From positions 1,536,001 through 1,600,000 of the forward strand of contig OZ219816.1 in assembly GCA_964291235.2 (NCBI GenBank): 64,000 nucleotides of DNA, in the 5' to 3' direction. Each line of letters begins with the position of its first letter. The first letter of the stretch is position 1. Below are positions 49,138 to 58,547 of this stretch, one piece after another. The DNA is from Vicinamibacteria bacterium. Lineage in GTDB: Bacteria; Acidobacteriota; Vicinamibacteria; Marinacidobacterales; Marinacidobacteraceae. Both the position numbers and the translations under genes were made by a program. A model generated the notes under the pieces. The model searched no databases, was not told the DNA's origin, and saw only the letters and a program-made list of their open reading frames with translations.

Positions 49138-50058
49138 ATGCTTGAAATCAGAAACCTCGTCAAGGTCTATCCCGGCCCGGTCGCGGCGCTCCAGGGCGTT
49201 TCGCTCGAGGCGTCCCACGGAATGCTGGGGCTCCTCGGACCGAACGGCGCCGGGAAGACCACCCTCATGCGCATCGTTGCCGGCCTGCTGGAGCCCACTT
49301 CCGGAGCCGTGTTCCTCGACGGCGAGGATGTCAGCGGAGATCCCCGGCGGATCCGCCGTCAACTCGGCTACCTCCCCCAGTCATTCGGCTTCTATCCCCA
49401 TCTCACGGGCGCGGCGATGCTCCGTTTCCTCCTGGTGCTCAAGGGCGTCAAGGCGCCGCGGGGGGTGAAGCGCCTGGCCGCGGAACTCCTCGAGCGCGTG
49501 AACCTGGAGGGCGCCGCCAAGCGGAAGGTCGGGACCTGGTCGGGCGGCATGAAGCAGCGTCTCGGCATCGCGCAGGCGTTGGCGGGAGATCCCCGCATCG
49601 TCGTCGTTGACGAACCCACCGCCGGGCTCGATCCCGAGGAGCGAATGCGGTTCTATCGACTCCTCGCCGAACTCGCCGAAGACCGGTTGGTGCTGCTGTC
49701 CACCCACATAGTCGAGGACATTTCGGTCCTTTGTCCGAGAGTGGCGTTGCTGAACCGCGGGCGGATCGTGGCCGACACCACCCCCGGAGACGCGCGGGCC
49801 CGCCTCGAAGGGACGATCTTCGAGGGCGCCGTGGAAAAGGACCGGATGGCCGACCTCGCAGATCGGTTCGAGGTCACGCAAGCCGTCCTCATCGAAGGAC
49901 GGAACCGCGTACGGGTGCACGCTGCGGACGGACCCCCGCCCGACGGCTTCGAGCCGGTCGCTCCGAGTCTCGAGGACGCCTACCTGCTCCTCACCCGGGG
50001 CGGCGGGTCCGGAAACGGCGTGCAGGCGCCCCCGCCTCCGGACCGCGCCGACTCGTGA
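49138..50058 (+). CDS. ABC transporter ATP-binding protein (exporter type)
   Basis: GPNGAGKT, SGGMKQR, VDEPTAGLDPEER, LSTH. Confidence 0.95.
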   Translation: MLEIRNLVKVYPGPVAALQGVSLEASHGMLGLLGPNGAGKTTLMRIVAGLLEPTSGAVFLDGEDVSGDPRRIRRQLGYLPQSFGFYPHLTGAAMLRFLLVLKGVKAPRGVKRLAAELLERVNLEGAAKRKVGTWSGGMKQRLGIAQALAGDPRIVVVDEPTAGLDPEERMRFYRLLAELAEDRLVLLSTHIVEDISVLCPRVALLNRGRIVADTTPGDARARLEGTIFEGAVEKDRMADLADRFEVTQAVLIEGRNRVRVHAADGPPPDGFEPVAPSLEDAYLLLTRGGGSGNGVQAPPPPDRADS

Positions 50059-53000
50059 CCTCTTTGAGAAGGTGGGCCGCCGTCGCCCACCGGGAGCTGT
50101 CCTCCGCGCTTCGCCGTCCTTCGTACTGGTTCCTCTTCGGGGTTCTGGTGTTGGCCGCCTGGGGGTTTGCCCAGGGCAATGTGTCCATCTCCAGCGGGGA
50201 CGCGACCGCGGGGGGCGAGCGATCGCACGTCACCTCCGTGTTCGCCCAGAGCATGTTCCAGTCGGTCCTGATCATGCTGATGGGCGCCTGGTTCCTGGCC
50301 ATCGGGGCGGGACTCGTGTTGATTCGGGACGCGGAGCACCGCGTGGGCGAGTTGCTCCACGCGACCCGGCTGACCGCCCGGGAATACGTGTGGGGCAGCT
50401 TCGCCGGGGCGATTACGGCTTTTCTGGTCATCTGGAGCCTCTACCTGGCGGTGTCCGCGGGCTTCAACCACGTCGTGGCCGCCGGGGCGGACGCCCGCCA
50501 GATCGGGCCGTTCATTCCCGGCAACTACCTGACTCCGGCCCTGCTGCTCGGCCTGCCTCAGATCATCTTCTTCGCGGGCGTCCCGCTCTTCCTCGGCGCC
50601 TGGACCCGTCGCCCCATCGTGGTCTTCGCCTTTCCGGTCGCGGTGCTGCTCGTCGTCATGGGATTCGTGATCTCGTGGTCGCCGGGCTGGCTCGATCCGG
50701 CGATCAACCGGGCCCTCATGTTCGCGGACCCCACGGGTTTCCGCTGGCTGAACGAGACGTTCCTGAAGCTGGACCGGGGCGTCGCCTTCTACAACGCGGC
50801 TCCCCTGCCCCCGGACGCCGGATTCCTGCTCAGCCGTATCGCGCTGGCAGGTGTCGGGCTCCTCGCCGTGGAAGCCGCGGCGCGCAACACCGCTCGCCGG
50901 CTTGCCGGGGGGGACACGGATTCGGTGGTCATCGGATTCCGGCGGAGCGGCAAGAAGCAGTCGCCGCCAGCGAACGTCGGGCCTCCCACAAGTACCGGCG
51001 ACCGAACCCTCGGCTCACTCGGCATGCGGACGGCGCCCCCCGGATTCCTCACCGCGGCCAGCGCCATCGGTCGCGCCGAGGTCCGGGAACTGTTCGTTCG
51101 GCCGGGCCTGTATCTCTTCCTTCCCCTGATCGTCTGGCAGTCGGTCAGCCAGAGTCTGTTTGACCTCGGTCCCTTCGATTCGCCCCTGCTCGTGACCCCG
51201 GGATCGATGGCTTCGGGGCAGTTCAACACCCTGAGCCTGCTCCTCTGCATCCTGCTGCTCTTCTATACGGTCGAGTCCCTGGTGAAGGAGCGGGCTCGCG
51301 GATTCGCCGAGATCTACCGGACCACGCCCGTTGGGACCGGCGCCATGCTCCTCGGCAAGACGGCGGGAACGGCCGTGGTCGCGGGCCTGGCAGTCGGCAT
51401 CAGCCTGTTGGCCTCCTGGGCGGTCATCACCGTACGGCAGTTCCTGGGCGCGCCGGTCGGCTTCGACCTCTGGCCGTTCGTGGCCGTCTGGGGCGGCGTC
51501 ATGGCGCCGACATTCCTCTTCTGGACGGCGCTCGTGACCGCCGCGTTCGCGCTCTTCAAGAACCGCTACTCGGTGTACGGACTCGGGCTGGCGATTCTCA
51601 TCTACACCGTATACCGGATGAACGCGGGCGATCCGCTCTCCTGGGTCACCAACTGGATCGCCTGGAACTCCGTTTCCCGGTGGAGCGACATGGGCGCCTT
51701 CTCGCTGTACGGGCAGGCCCTGCTGCTGAACCGCCTTCTCTACCTGAGCCTCATCCCCCTGCTCCTGGCCCTGGCGATCCGGTGGTTCGCGCGCCAGGAG
51801 TTCGACGCCGTCCGGATTCTGCATCGCCTGCGGCCGAAGGCGTTGTTGCGAAGCGGGGTCCGCCTGCTTCCGTTCGCGGCGACGCCCCTGATTCTGGCTT
51901 CGGTGCTCTTCTTCGGCGGCCGGGCCGGCGACGAGGGACCCGATGCCGAAGAAGCCATGAAGGACTACTGGCGGCGGAACGTGGCGACCTGGACCGATTT
52001 CCGGATGCCGTCGGTTTCGCACGTGGATCTGGACGTGGAACTCGAGCCCGGGCAGCGTTCCGCTTCGGTGTCCGGCGCTTACACCTTCGTCAACCACCGG
52101 GACCATGCCTATCGGCAGATTCCGATCACCGCGGGCCCCTGGGATCCGATCGAGTGGACCCTCGATGGAGAGTCCTACGAGCCGGAAGACCGTGCCGGGC
52201 TCTTCATCTTCACTCCCGGGAAGCCGCTCCCACCCGGGGGTTCGCTCACCGTCGGCTTCGGCTACGACCTCCGCTATCCCCGGGGCCTGAGCGCGAAGGT
52301 CGAAGGCCGGGGGCAGTTCATCCTGAACTCGGGGGTCGTCCTCACCGCCTTCGCACCGACGTTCGCCCCCGTTCCCGGATACCTGTCGGGGATCGGGGTG
52401 GACGAGGACAATCGCCACGACCAGCGGGAATACCCCGGCGACTTCTTCGAGGGCGCGACCGAACCGGCCCTCGGGTGGGGAGGGACACCGATGACCACCC
52501 GGGTCCGCATCACCGTGCCCGAGGCATACACGGCGAACAGCGTCGGGGTCCTCACGAGCGAGGAGATTCGGGAGGGCCGCCGCACCGTGGTGTGGGAATC
52601 CGACGAGCCGGTGCGCCTCTTCAACATCGTCGCCGGCCGCTACGCGGTCAAGGAGGGCCGCGGCACCGCCATCTACTACCACCCGGAGCACGGTTACAAC
52701 ATCGAGGAGATGTCCGCCGCGCTCGACGCCGCCCGGGAGCACTTCTCAGAGTGGTTCTACCCGTTCCCCTGGGAACTTCTGAAGCTCTCCGAGTTCCCGG
52801 GGTTCGCCGGCTACGCCCAGGGCTTCCCCACCAACATCACCTTCAGCGAAGGCATCGGCTTCCTCACCAGGAGCGATCCCCGCTCCCTCGCCGCCTTCGC
52901 CATCGTGGCGCACGAGGCGGCGCACCAGTGGTGGGGAAACATCCTCACTCCCGGCCGCGGACCAGGCGGCAACATGCTGTCCGAGGGGATGTCCCACTAC

Positions 53001-53696
53001 GCGACGATCCTGCTCCACGAGGAAGAACTTGGAGAGCGCCACCGCATCGAGTTTGCGAAGCGGATCGAGGACAGCTACGGCGACGATCGTTTCGTGGACA
53101 GCGAACGGCCCCTGGTCGAGACGGACGGTTCGCGGCGTGGTGACGGCACCGTCATCTACGACAAGGGCGGGTGGGTCATGTGGATGCTCCAGCAGGAGAT
53201 GGGCCGGGAAAACCTCCTGGTGGGGCTCCGCGCTTTTCTCGAGGCCTACCGCGCCAATGCGGACTTCCCCGTCATCCAGGACATGCTCGCCGTGCTCCGC
53301 GAGTTCGCCCCGGCCCCCGAGGCGTTCGACGCCTTCACCGAACAGTGGTTCCACGACGTGGTGATTCCGGAGTATCGGCTCGCGGACGTGACCAGGGAGC
53401 AGGCCGGGAGCGGCTGGGTCGTGCGCGGCGCCATCGAGAACCTGGGCACGGGGCACATGACCGTCGAAGTGGCCGCCACCGCCGGGGAGCGCTGGTCCGA
53501 CGAGGGGGATGACGCGACCCGCACGGTCGTCCGGAGGGGCTACCGCGACGCCCGGACGTCGGTCGAACTGGACGCCGGAGAATCGGCCGACTTCGAGATC
53601 GCCGTGGGTTTCGATCCGGACCGGGTGGTCGTGGACCCGGATGCCCTGGTGCTTCAACTCCGCCGGCAGGCGGCGGTCTTCGAGTTTTCGGAGTAG
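50055..53696 (+). CDS. ABC-2 type permease fused to M1 aminopeptidase domain
   Basis: Two multi-TM blocks, then EFP...YAQGFP, HEAAHQWW, LSEGMSHY, IYDKG. GTG start overlaps the ATPase stop. Confidence 0.88.
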   Translation: MTSLRRWAAVAHRELSSALRRPSYWFLFGVLVLAAWGFAQGNVSISSGDATAGGERSHVTSVFAQSMFQSVLIMLMGAWFLAIGAGLVLIRDAEHRVGELLHATRLTAREYVWGSFAGAITAFLVIWSLYLAVSAGFNHVVAAGADARQIGPFIPGNYLTPALLLGLPQIIFFAGVPLFLGAWTRRPIVVFAFPVAVLLVVMGFVISWSPGWLDPAINRALMFADPTGFRWLNETFLKLDRGVAFYNAAPLPPDAGFLLSRIALAGVGLLAVEAAARNTARRLAGGDTDSVVIGFRRSGKKQSPPANVGPPTSTGDRTLGSLGMRTAPPGFLTAASAIGRAEVRELFVRPGLYLFLPLIVWQSVSQSLFDLGPFDSPLLVTPGSMASGQFNTLSLLLCILLLFYTVESLVKERARGFAEIYRTTPVGTGAMLLGKTAGTAVVAGLAVGISLLASWAVITVRQFLGAPVGFDLWPFVAVWGGVMAPTFLFWTALVTAAFALFKNRYSVYGLGLAILIYTVYRMNAGDPLSWVTNWIAWNSVSRWSDMGAFSLYGQALLLNRLLYLSLIPLLLALAIRWFARQEFDAVRILHRLRPKALLRSGVRLLPFAATPLILASVLFFGGRAGDEGPDAEEAMKDYWRRNVATWTDFRMPSVSHVDLDVELEPGQRSASVSGAYTFVNHRDHAYRQIPITAGPWDPIEWTLDGESYEPEDRAGLFIFTPGKPLPPGGSLTVGFGYDLRYPRGLSAKVEGRGQFILNSGVVLTAFAPTFAPVPGYLSGIGVDEDNRHDQREYPGDFFEGATEPALGWGGTPMTTRVRITVPEAYTANSVGVLTSEEIREGRRTVVWESDEPVRLFNIVAGRYAVKEGRGTAIYYHPEHGYNIEEMSAALDAAREHFSEWFYPFPWELLKLSEFPGFAGYAQGFPTNITFSEGIGFLTRSDPRSLAAFAIVAHEAAHQWWGNILTPGRGPGGNMLSEGMSHYATILLHEEELGERHRIEFAKRIEDSYGDDRFVDSERPLVETDGSRRGDGTVIYDKGGWVMWMLQQEMGRENLLVGLRAFLEAYRANADFPVIQDMLAVLREFAPAPEAFDAFTEQWFHDVVIPEYRLADVTREQAGSGWVVRGAIENLGTGHMTVEVAATAGERWSDEGDDATRTVVRRGYRDARTSVELDAGESADFEIAVGFDPDRVVVDPDALVLQLRRQAAVFEFSE

Positions 53697-53716
53697 GCGG
53701 AATCGCGACGAACCAA

Positions 53717-54088
53717 GTGCCGGGCAAGCCTCCAGCGACGATCGCCGAGTACATCCGCGCCGCCCCGGCCGAGGCGCAGCCGCACCTGAACCGGCTCTAC
53801 GCGATCCTGAAGAGCGTCGCCCCGAACGCCCAGGAGGCGATCAAGTGGGGAAATCCATTCTTCGTGGAGCCGCGCTTCCTGTTCGCCTTTTCCGCGCACA
53901 AACGACACGTCAGCTTTGCCCCGGACGAGGCGCTCGAAGTCTTTCGCGAGGAACTGAAGGGGCACCAGACGACCAAGTACTTGCTGAAGATTCCCTTCAC
54001 GGAGCCCCTGCCGGAAGATCTGATCCGCCGGATGGCGGCGCACCGCGTGCGCGTGGTGAGTGGCCGCGACGACAGCGGCTTCTGGTAG
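53717..54088 (+). CDS. DUF1801 / YdhG-like protein
   Basis: TIAEYI, APNAQEAIKWG.P, HVSF, P..EPLP.DLI. Confidence 0.82.
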   Translation: MPGKPPATIAEYIRAAPAEAQPHLNRLYAILKSVAPNAQEAIKWGNPFFVEPRFLFAFSAHKRHVSFAPDEALEVFREELKGHQTTKYLLKIPFTEPLPEDLIRRMAAHRVRVVSGRDDSGFW

Positions 54089-54146
54089 CCCGCCGCCGGA
54101 ATCGGAGCGCCGTCCTCCGGGCAAGGAGAGCGTCGACGAAATCCAC

Positions 54147-54167
54147 TTGTTGGTATAACATGTTGGG
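54147..54167 (+). promoter_or_regulatory. Promoter/operator of the TA pair
   Basis: TGGTATAAC extended -10, overlapped by TGTTGG twice and the dyad TGTT-ggtat-AACA. Confidence 0.55.
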
Positions 54168-54179
54168 TTAGGACCGATC

Positions 54180-54440
54180 ATGCCCAACACCAGCGTTCAC
54201 TTTCCCGAGTCGCTCCTCGAAAGCTTGGATCGCATCGCCAGGGAGCAGAGCAAGAGCCGCAACCGCCTGATCGTGGAGTCCTGCCGGCGCACCGTGGAGG
54301 AACGGACGCAGTGGCCGGAGGACTTCTTCTCGAACGATCACCTGACCGCCGAAGATCGCAAACTGCTTCAGGACGGCCGCGAGGACTTCAACCGGGCCAT
54401 CCGAGCAGCCCGCCAAAGCCGAACGGGCCCTCCGTTCTGA
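54180..54440 (+). CDS. Ribbon-helix-helix (CopG) antitoxin
   Basis: TSVHFPESLLESLDRIA....SRNRLI. Stop overlaps the PIN gene start. Confidence 0.85.
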   Translation: MPNTSVHFPESLLESLDRIAREQSKSRNRLIVESCRRTVEERTQWPEDFFSNDHLTAEDRKLLQDGREDFNRAIRAARQSRTGPPF

Positions 54441-54859
54441 TGCTGGTTCTGGATACGAGCGCCGTCTCGGCCGTCATGCACGGTGATTCGGGCGCCCTGC
54501 ATCGTCTGCGCGATGAAGACCCGTCCGGCGTTTACCTCTGTACCCCGGTTGCAGCGGAAATCCGATTCGGTTTGTCGCGCCTCGAGACCGGTTCGCGCCG
54601 AAGGCAGCTTCTCGAGAAAGAGTTCCGCCGCCTTCGCGCCGCCTTGCGCTGGACGGACTGGACAGAACCGGCAACCCTGGCGTTCGGCCACTGGAAGGCC
54701 GTGCTCCAGGAGCGCGGAACGCCGATCGAAGACATGGATCTGGCCATCGCGTCCGTCGCCGTCGGTCTCTCCGCTCGCCTCGCCACTCTGAACGCCCGGC
54801 ACTTCTCCCGCGTTGACGACCTTCAGGTGGACGACTGGACTGCCGGAGAGAGCGACTGA
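54440..54859 (+). CDS. vapC: PIN domain (VapC) toxin
   Basis: MLVLDTS, AEIRFG, GTPIEDMDLAIAS.A, LATLN.RHF.RV..L.VDDW. Confidence 0.9.
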   Translation: MLVLDTSAVSAVMHGDSGALHRLRDEDPSGVYLCTPVAAEIRFGLSRLETGSRRRQLLEKEFRRLRAALRWTDWTEPATLAFGHWKAVLQERGTPIEDMDLAIASVAVGLSARLATLNARHFSRVDDLQVDDWTAGESD

Positions 54860-54891
54860 AACACCCCATCCCAGCGACGCGACTACAGATC

Positions 54892-54942
54892 GGCCCAGTC
54901 TTGTCGGGTCGCCAACGGGCCAGTTTCATCTGTCGCTTGACA
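54892..54942. mobile_element. Second orphan IS21-family-like terminus
   Basis: GTCGCCAACGGGCCAGTTTCATCTGTCGCTTGACA aligns with 22847-22882. Confidence 0.6.
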
Positions 54943-55089
54943 CGCAAGTAGCGGTACACGTTCTGCGGGCCTGCGGCCCGCGGGTACCGACCGGAGGTCC
55001 ACTGCGGATGTTTCGTAAGTCGTTGATTATTGGGTAAGAATATGCGCGATCCCAAAAAGCAGAACATGACATCAGGCGGCACATCCTCA

Positions 55090-55410
55090 TTAGGCCGGAA
55101 CGCTCGGGCCGACGAGGGTAGCGGGTAAGCGTTCAAGCGTTCGGTCGAGCCGGTATGAGGCATCGCCGGAATCTACGAGCAGCTGGTGCAGACGGGCCGC
55201 GGGCGGTTCGACTCCAGTCTCGTGATGGGCCATGGCCGCCACCAGAACCAGTGTCGAAGCCCGGTACCAGTCCCGCATACCGGCAGGATCGAACGGTTAC
55301 GGTAGCGGGCTCGCCATCGGGTCGAACAGCCTGGCGGCAGCCAAACCTCGAAGCCGAAGTCGCGGATTGTGGGCTGGCTGGTCCGCTGCAGGAACCCGGT
55401 CGGTACTCAT
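55090..55410 (-). pseudogene. Possible interrupted hypothetical gene
   Basis: ATG overlaps the lipoprotein stop. In-frame TAA at 55297-55299, after which the frame continues to 55090. Confidence 0.25.
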
Positions 55411-55940
55411 CCCCCACAGTGAACGGCCAGGTCGGCGAGTTGCTGATAGAGCGCGGTCAGCCCGGCCACGCGCGGATCCGTGTGCTCCACTAGCTGAAAA
55501 CCCTCGACCCAGCGGGTGTGGGTCCCGTCGCCCGCGTACAGCCGGAATGCGAAGGTGGGCAGCCCCTGCTCGGCACCCTCGGGAACAGCAATGGTCTCCT
55601 CCCCCTCGATGGCGTCGAGCCCGAGGGAGGAGATCGCCTCTCGGAGGGCGGCAAACTCGGCTTCTTCGAGGGTGAGGTCGCACGGCGCGCCATTCACGAA
55701 ACCCGTAAGTGTCCCATCATCGGTGAGCGTGAAGACCGGCGTGGGCGCGAAGTCCGGCAGCTTGATCAGGATCTCCAAGAGGAGCCTCGCCTCCATCTCC
55801 TCTGGTGCCGGTGCCGGTTCCGGTGCCGATGGCGGCACCGGCGGGTCCGGGACCGGCACCACGGTCGGCGGCGACTCGTCCGCGCAGGAGGCCAGCAGCA
55901 GCGTCGTGACCACCAGAAGCATCCTCATTCCCGTCCTCAT
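55407..55940 (-). CDS. Hypothetical lipoprotein
   Basis: Lipobox LASC, Pro-rich linker, acidic globular domain. Confidence 0.65.
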   Translation of the reverse strand: MRTGMRMLLVVTTLLLASCADESPPTVVPVPDPPVPPSAPEPAPAPEEMEARLLLEILIKLPDFAPTPVFTLTDDGTLTGFVNGAPCDLTLEEAEFAALREAISSLGLDAIEGEETIAVPEGAEQGLPTFAFRLYAGDGTHTRWVEGFQLVEHTDPRVAGLTALYQQLADLAVHCGG

Positions 55941-56968
55941 TCCCGTCGACTCCCATCAGACGCCACACGACCAAACGAAGAGTCCGGGTCACGTATCTCG
56001 ACGGTGATGCCGGAGGTCCGCATGGCGCGACCAATCATCCCGGGTGAGGGCCTCGCTGTGCAGCGATTGCCTTCCCCCCAGGGTAAGCAACGGGCGCCAT
56101 ATCCGCTCCGCCCGTGCTGCGCCGACCGCAACTTGTCCCTCCCAGGGGCGCACTCCAAACCAAGGATGACCGGAAGGAGCCTCTCCAAAGAGACAGAAGC
56201 GACATCGGGCATAGCCTTCCCGGCACTCGATCCCCCGTCCACGTCACCCCGTGTCACCATCAAAGCCGGAATCGTAATGTATTCGACGCGAAGCTAGCAG
56301 CGGCTGGAATCTCGCCCGGCTTCGAGCCCACCGGGCGGCGGAGTCCGCGACCGCCGGCCGCACCTGGCGGCGCCGCGGGCGGGAACGTGTCGCACCGTGG
56401 TCCGCCTCCCGGGAGTGATTTGCCCTCCCCGGGGTCATGGTCGGGGCCGCTTTCCCATGAGCATAAGTCAGACCCCCCTTATGCTCGTACTTCCGCTCAC
56501 GCTTCGAGCCCGCCGCGTGACACGGAACCCGTTGGCCCCGTTGCGTTTCGGTCGCATGCTCCGAATCCACTCCCCGCATTCCGGGCGGGGAGCGGGGTTG
56601 GTAGCGACCCCCCTCCGAACGTCGGATCTACAGCCGGTGAATCCCTGCGGGGGCGGCCTGCCGGCGACGGCGCCGGCCGCCGCGTGGTCCTCGAAGCCGA
56701 CGCCGGCATCGAGCCACCGCTCACCGAGGCCGCTCACGGCGTTGTGGCCCGGCTCCGGGGCCATCTGGAGCCGGAGGGCCTCCGCCTCGCCTGAAGGTGG
56801 CCTGCTCCGCCCGTGCGATCTGGGCGGGGACCACAACGGTGCGCCGCTGCGCCAGGCGCGCACCGGTGCGGGGGTCCGGGGGCGGCGCCCCCGGTCCGCC
56901 AGCTGCTCCGGCAGCGGCGCGAGAGGCCGGGGGTTCGAAGGGGGGCGCAGCATCCCCTCGCCAGAGCA

Positions 56969-57050
56969 CAGTGTTTACACACTGTGTAGGCTGGCCTAAC
57001 TGCCTTAGGAGGTGGCCAGTCCCCAGTGTACGCACACTGGGTCGGCTGGC
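56969..57050. repeat. Two palindromic 27-bp direct repeats
   Basis: CAGTGT-N4-ACACTG-N4-GGCTGGC at 56969 and 57024. Confidence 0.7.
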
Positions 57051-57112
57051 TTCCCGGCCGTAGTGGCCGCTGGTGACGGTCGTCAGCAGGGCACACGGAG
57101 GCGCTGTTGTGG

Positions 57113-58312
57113 TCATCCGGCGAGCCTCGGTTCCGCGCCTTCGGTCCCGGCCAGGAACGCGGCCCATTGTTCCATGAGCGCCCGCCGCCGCTCGAACAGG
57201 TCCGTCCGCCGGTAAGCCGCCTCGATGGCGTTCGTGTTCACGTGCGCCAGCGCCAGCTCGCACACCTCCCGCGGGGCGTCGGAACACTCCGCCGCCCAGT
57301 CCCGGAAGCTCGAGCGGAACCCGTGAGGCACCGCTGCGATCCCGAGCTCGCGCACCAGCTTCACGATTGCCAGGCCGGAGAGCGGCCGGCCACGAGCCGA
57401 GGGGAACACCACCCCGGAGCCGTCCGCGAGCGCCTGAGCCTCCTGCAGGACCGCCCGCGCCCCGCTGGACAGCGGGACCCGGTGCTCGCGGCCCGTCTTC
57501 ATCCGCTCGGGGGGAATGCGCCATACCCGTCCCGCAAGGTCCATCTCCTGCCACCGCGCGCCGCGCACCTCCCCGCTCCGGCACGCCGTCAACACCAGGA
57601 ACTCAAAGGCCAGCACGGTCGAGGGATGGCCCCTCGACGCGCGCACCCGCTCCCTCGCCTCGGCGACCTCCGCATACGGGAGCGCCGCGAGGTGCTGGGG
57701 GCGGACGCCGTTCTTGGGGAGCGCCGCCCCGATCGCCGCTCCCGCCGGGTTGTCTGCCCGGTAGCCCTGCGCGATCGCCCAGAGCATCACCACCGAGATC
57801 CGCTGCCGTACCCGCCGCGCCGTCACGCGCTTCTCATTCCAGATCGGCACCAGGACTGCCATCACGTCCGACGTGGTGATCCGGTCCACCCGCAGCCGGC
57901 CGAGCCTTGGCATCGCGTAGTCCCGCAGCGTCCCGCGCCAGTCCTTCTCGGACCTGCTGCCGGCCTTCCAGCCGGCCGCATGGACGGCAATGACCTTCTC
58001 GACGGCTTCGGCGAAGGTAGGGGCCTTCCGCTGGCGGCCGGTGACCAACTCGCCGCGCTGCCGCGCCAGGAGGTTGAGGACGCACTTCTGACGCGCCTCG
58101 GCGAGGGTGACGTGGGGCCAGGTTCCGAGTCCGAGGTTGCGGGGCCGTCCGTCGACGCTGAGGCGCTGTCCCCAGGTCTTGGCGAGGTGTCCGCGTGCGG
58201 TTCGCTTGACGCGGAGGGAGAGTCCGCCGGAGCCGCGGCCGTCGCCGTAGTTTCCGGGTTCCTTTATGGTCTCGACAAAGCGCGCGGAGAGTCGGTAGGG
58301 GCGTTCGGTCAT
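57113..58312 (-). CDS. P4-like tyrosine integrase with N-terminal arm-binding domain
   Basis: PG.YGDG..GL.LRV, LGLG.WP.VTLAEAR, catalytic ACR, MK, HGFR, LAH, AAY all present. Confidence 0.93.
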   Translation of the reverse strand: MTERPYRLSARFVETIKEPGNYGDGRGSGGLSLRVKRTARGHLAKTWGQRLSVDGRPRNLGLGTWPHVTLAEARQKCVLNLLARQRGELVTGRQRKAPTFAEAVEKVIAVHAAGWKAGSRSEKDWRGTLRDYAMPRLGRLRVDRITTSDVMAVLVPIWNEKRVTARRVRQRISVVMLWAIAQGYRADNPAGAAIGAALPKNGVRPQHLAALPYAEVAEARERVRASRGHPSTVLAFEFLVLTACRSGEVRGARWQEMDLAGRVWRIPPERMKTGREHRVPLSSGARAVLQEAQALADGSGVVFPSARGRPLSGLAIVKLVRELGIAAVPHGFRSSFRDWAAECSDAPREVCELALAHVNTNAIEAAYRRTDLFERRRALMEQWAAFLAGTEGAEPRLAG

Positions 58313-58472
58313 GGATCAGGGTTCCAGTGGGCAGTAGCTGAGCAGCATGAACTGGCCGGGAACGGGGGAGTTTGCGGGGTTCCGGCGGGGAACAGTATAG
58401 CACTGTAACCCTATGACACAACGGGTGATTAGAGGAATCTCATGGCACTCTGCGGAACCCTATGGAACCGGT

Positions 58473-58499
58473 GGAATGCCGACCGGAGGTCGGCGTTCC
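58473..58499. repeat. REP variant palindrome
   Basis: GGAATGCCGAC-CGGAG-GTCGGCGTTCC; compare ATGCCGGCCGGAGGCCGGCGTTCC at 39811. Confidence 0.7.
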
Positions 58500-58547
58500 C
58501 TTACCGGCTTTGCTGTCCGGGGGCGCCGCCCCCGTTAGGGGCCCAAC

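Larger units (their letters stand above)
54987..58491. mobile_element. Putative small integrative element (tyrosine integrase island)
   Basis: Integrase at the right end, 13-bp direct repeat CCGACCGGAGGTC at 54987 and 58479, AT-richer inner flanks, low coding density. Confidence 0.45.

Noticed and set aside
55195-55225. GGTTCGACTCC resembling a tRNA T-loop inside the integrase island
   Set aside because: The T-stem pairs over only 2 bp, with no acceptor or anticodon stems and no CCA.
55921-55947. 12-bp tandem duplication TCCTCATTCCCG at the lipoprotein start
   Set aside because: Only two copies and in frame; it gives alternative starts but no evidence of phase variation.
55937-56999. Several short overlapping ORFs in the island
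   Set aside because: No motifs, composition typical of shadow ORFs, none supportable as genes.
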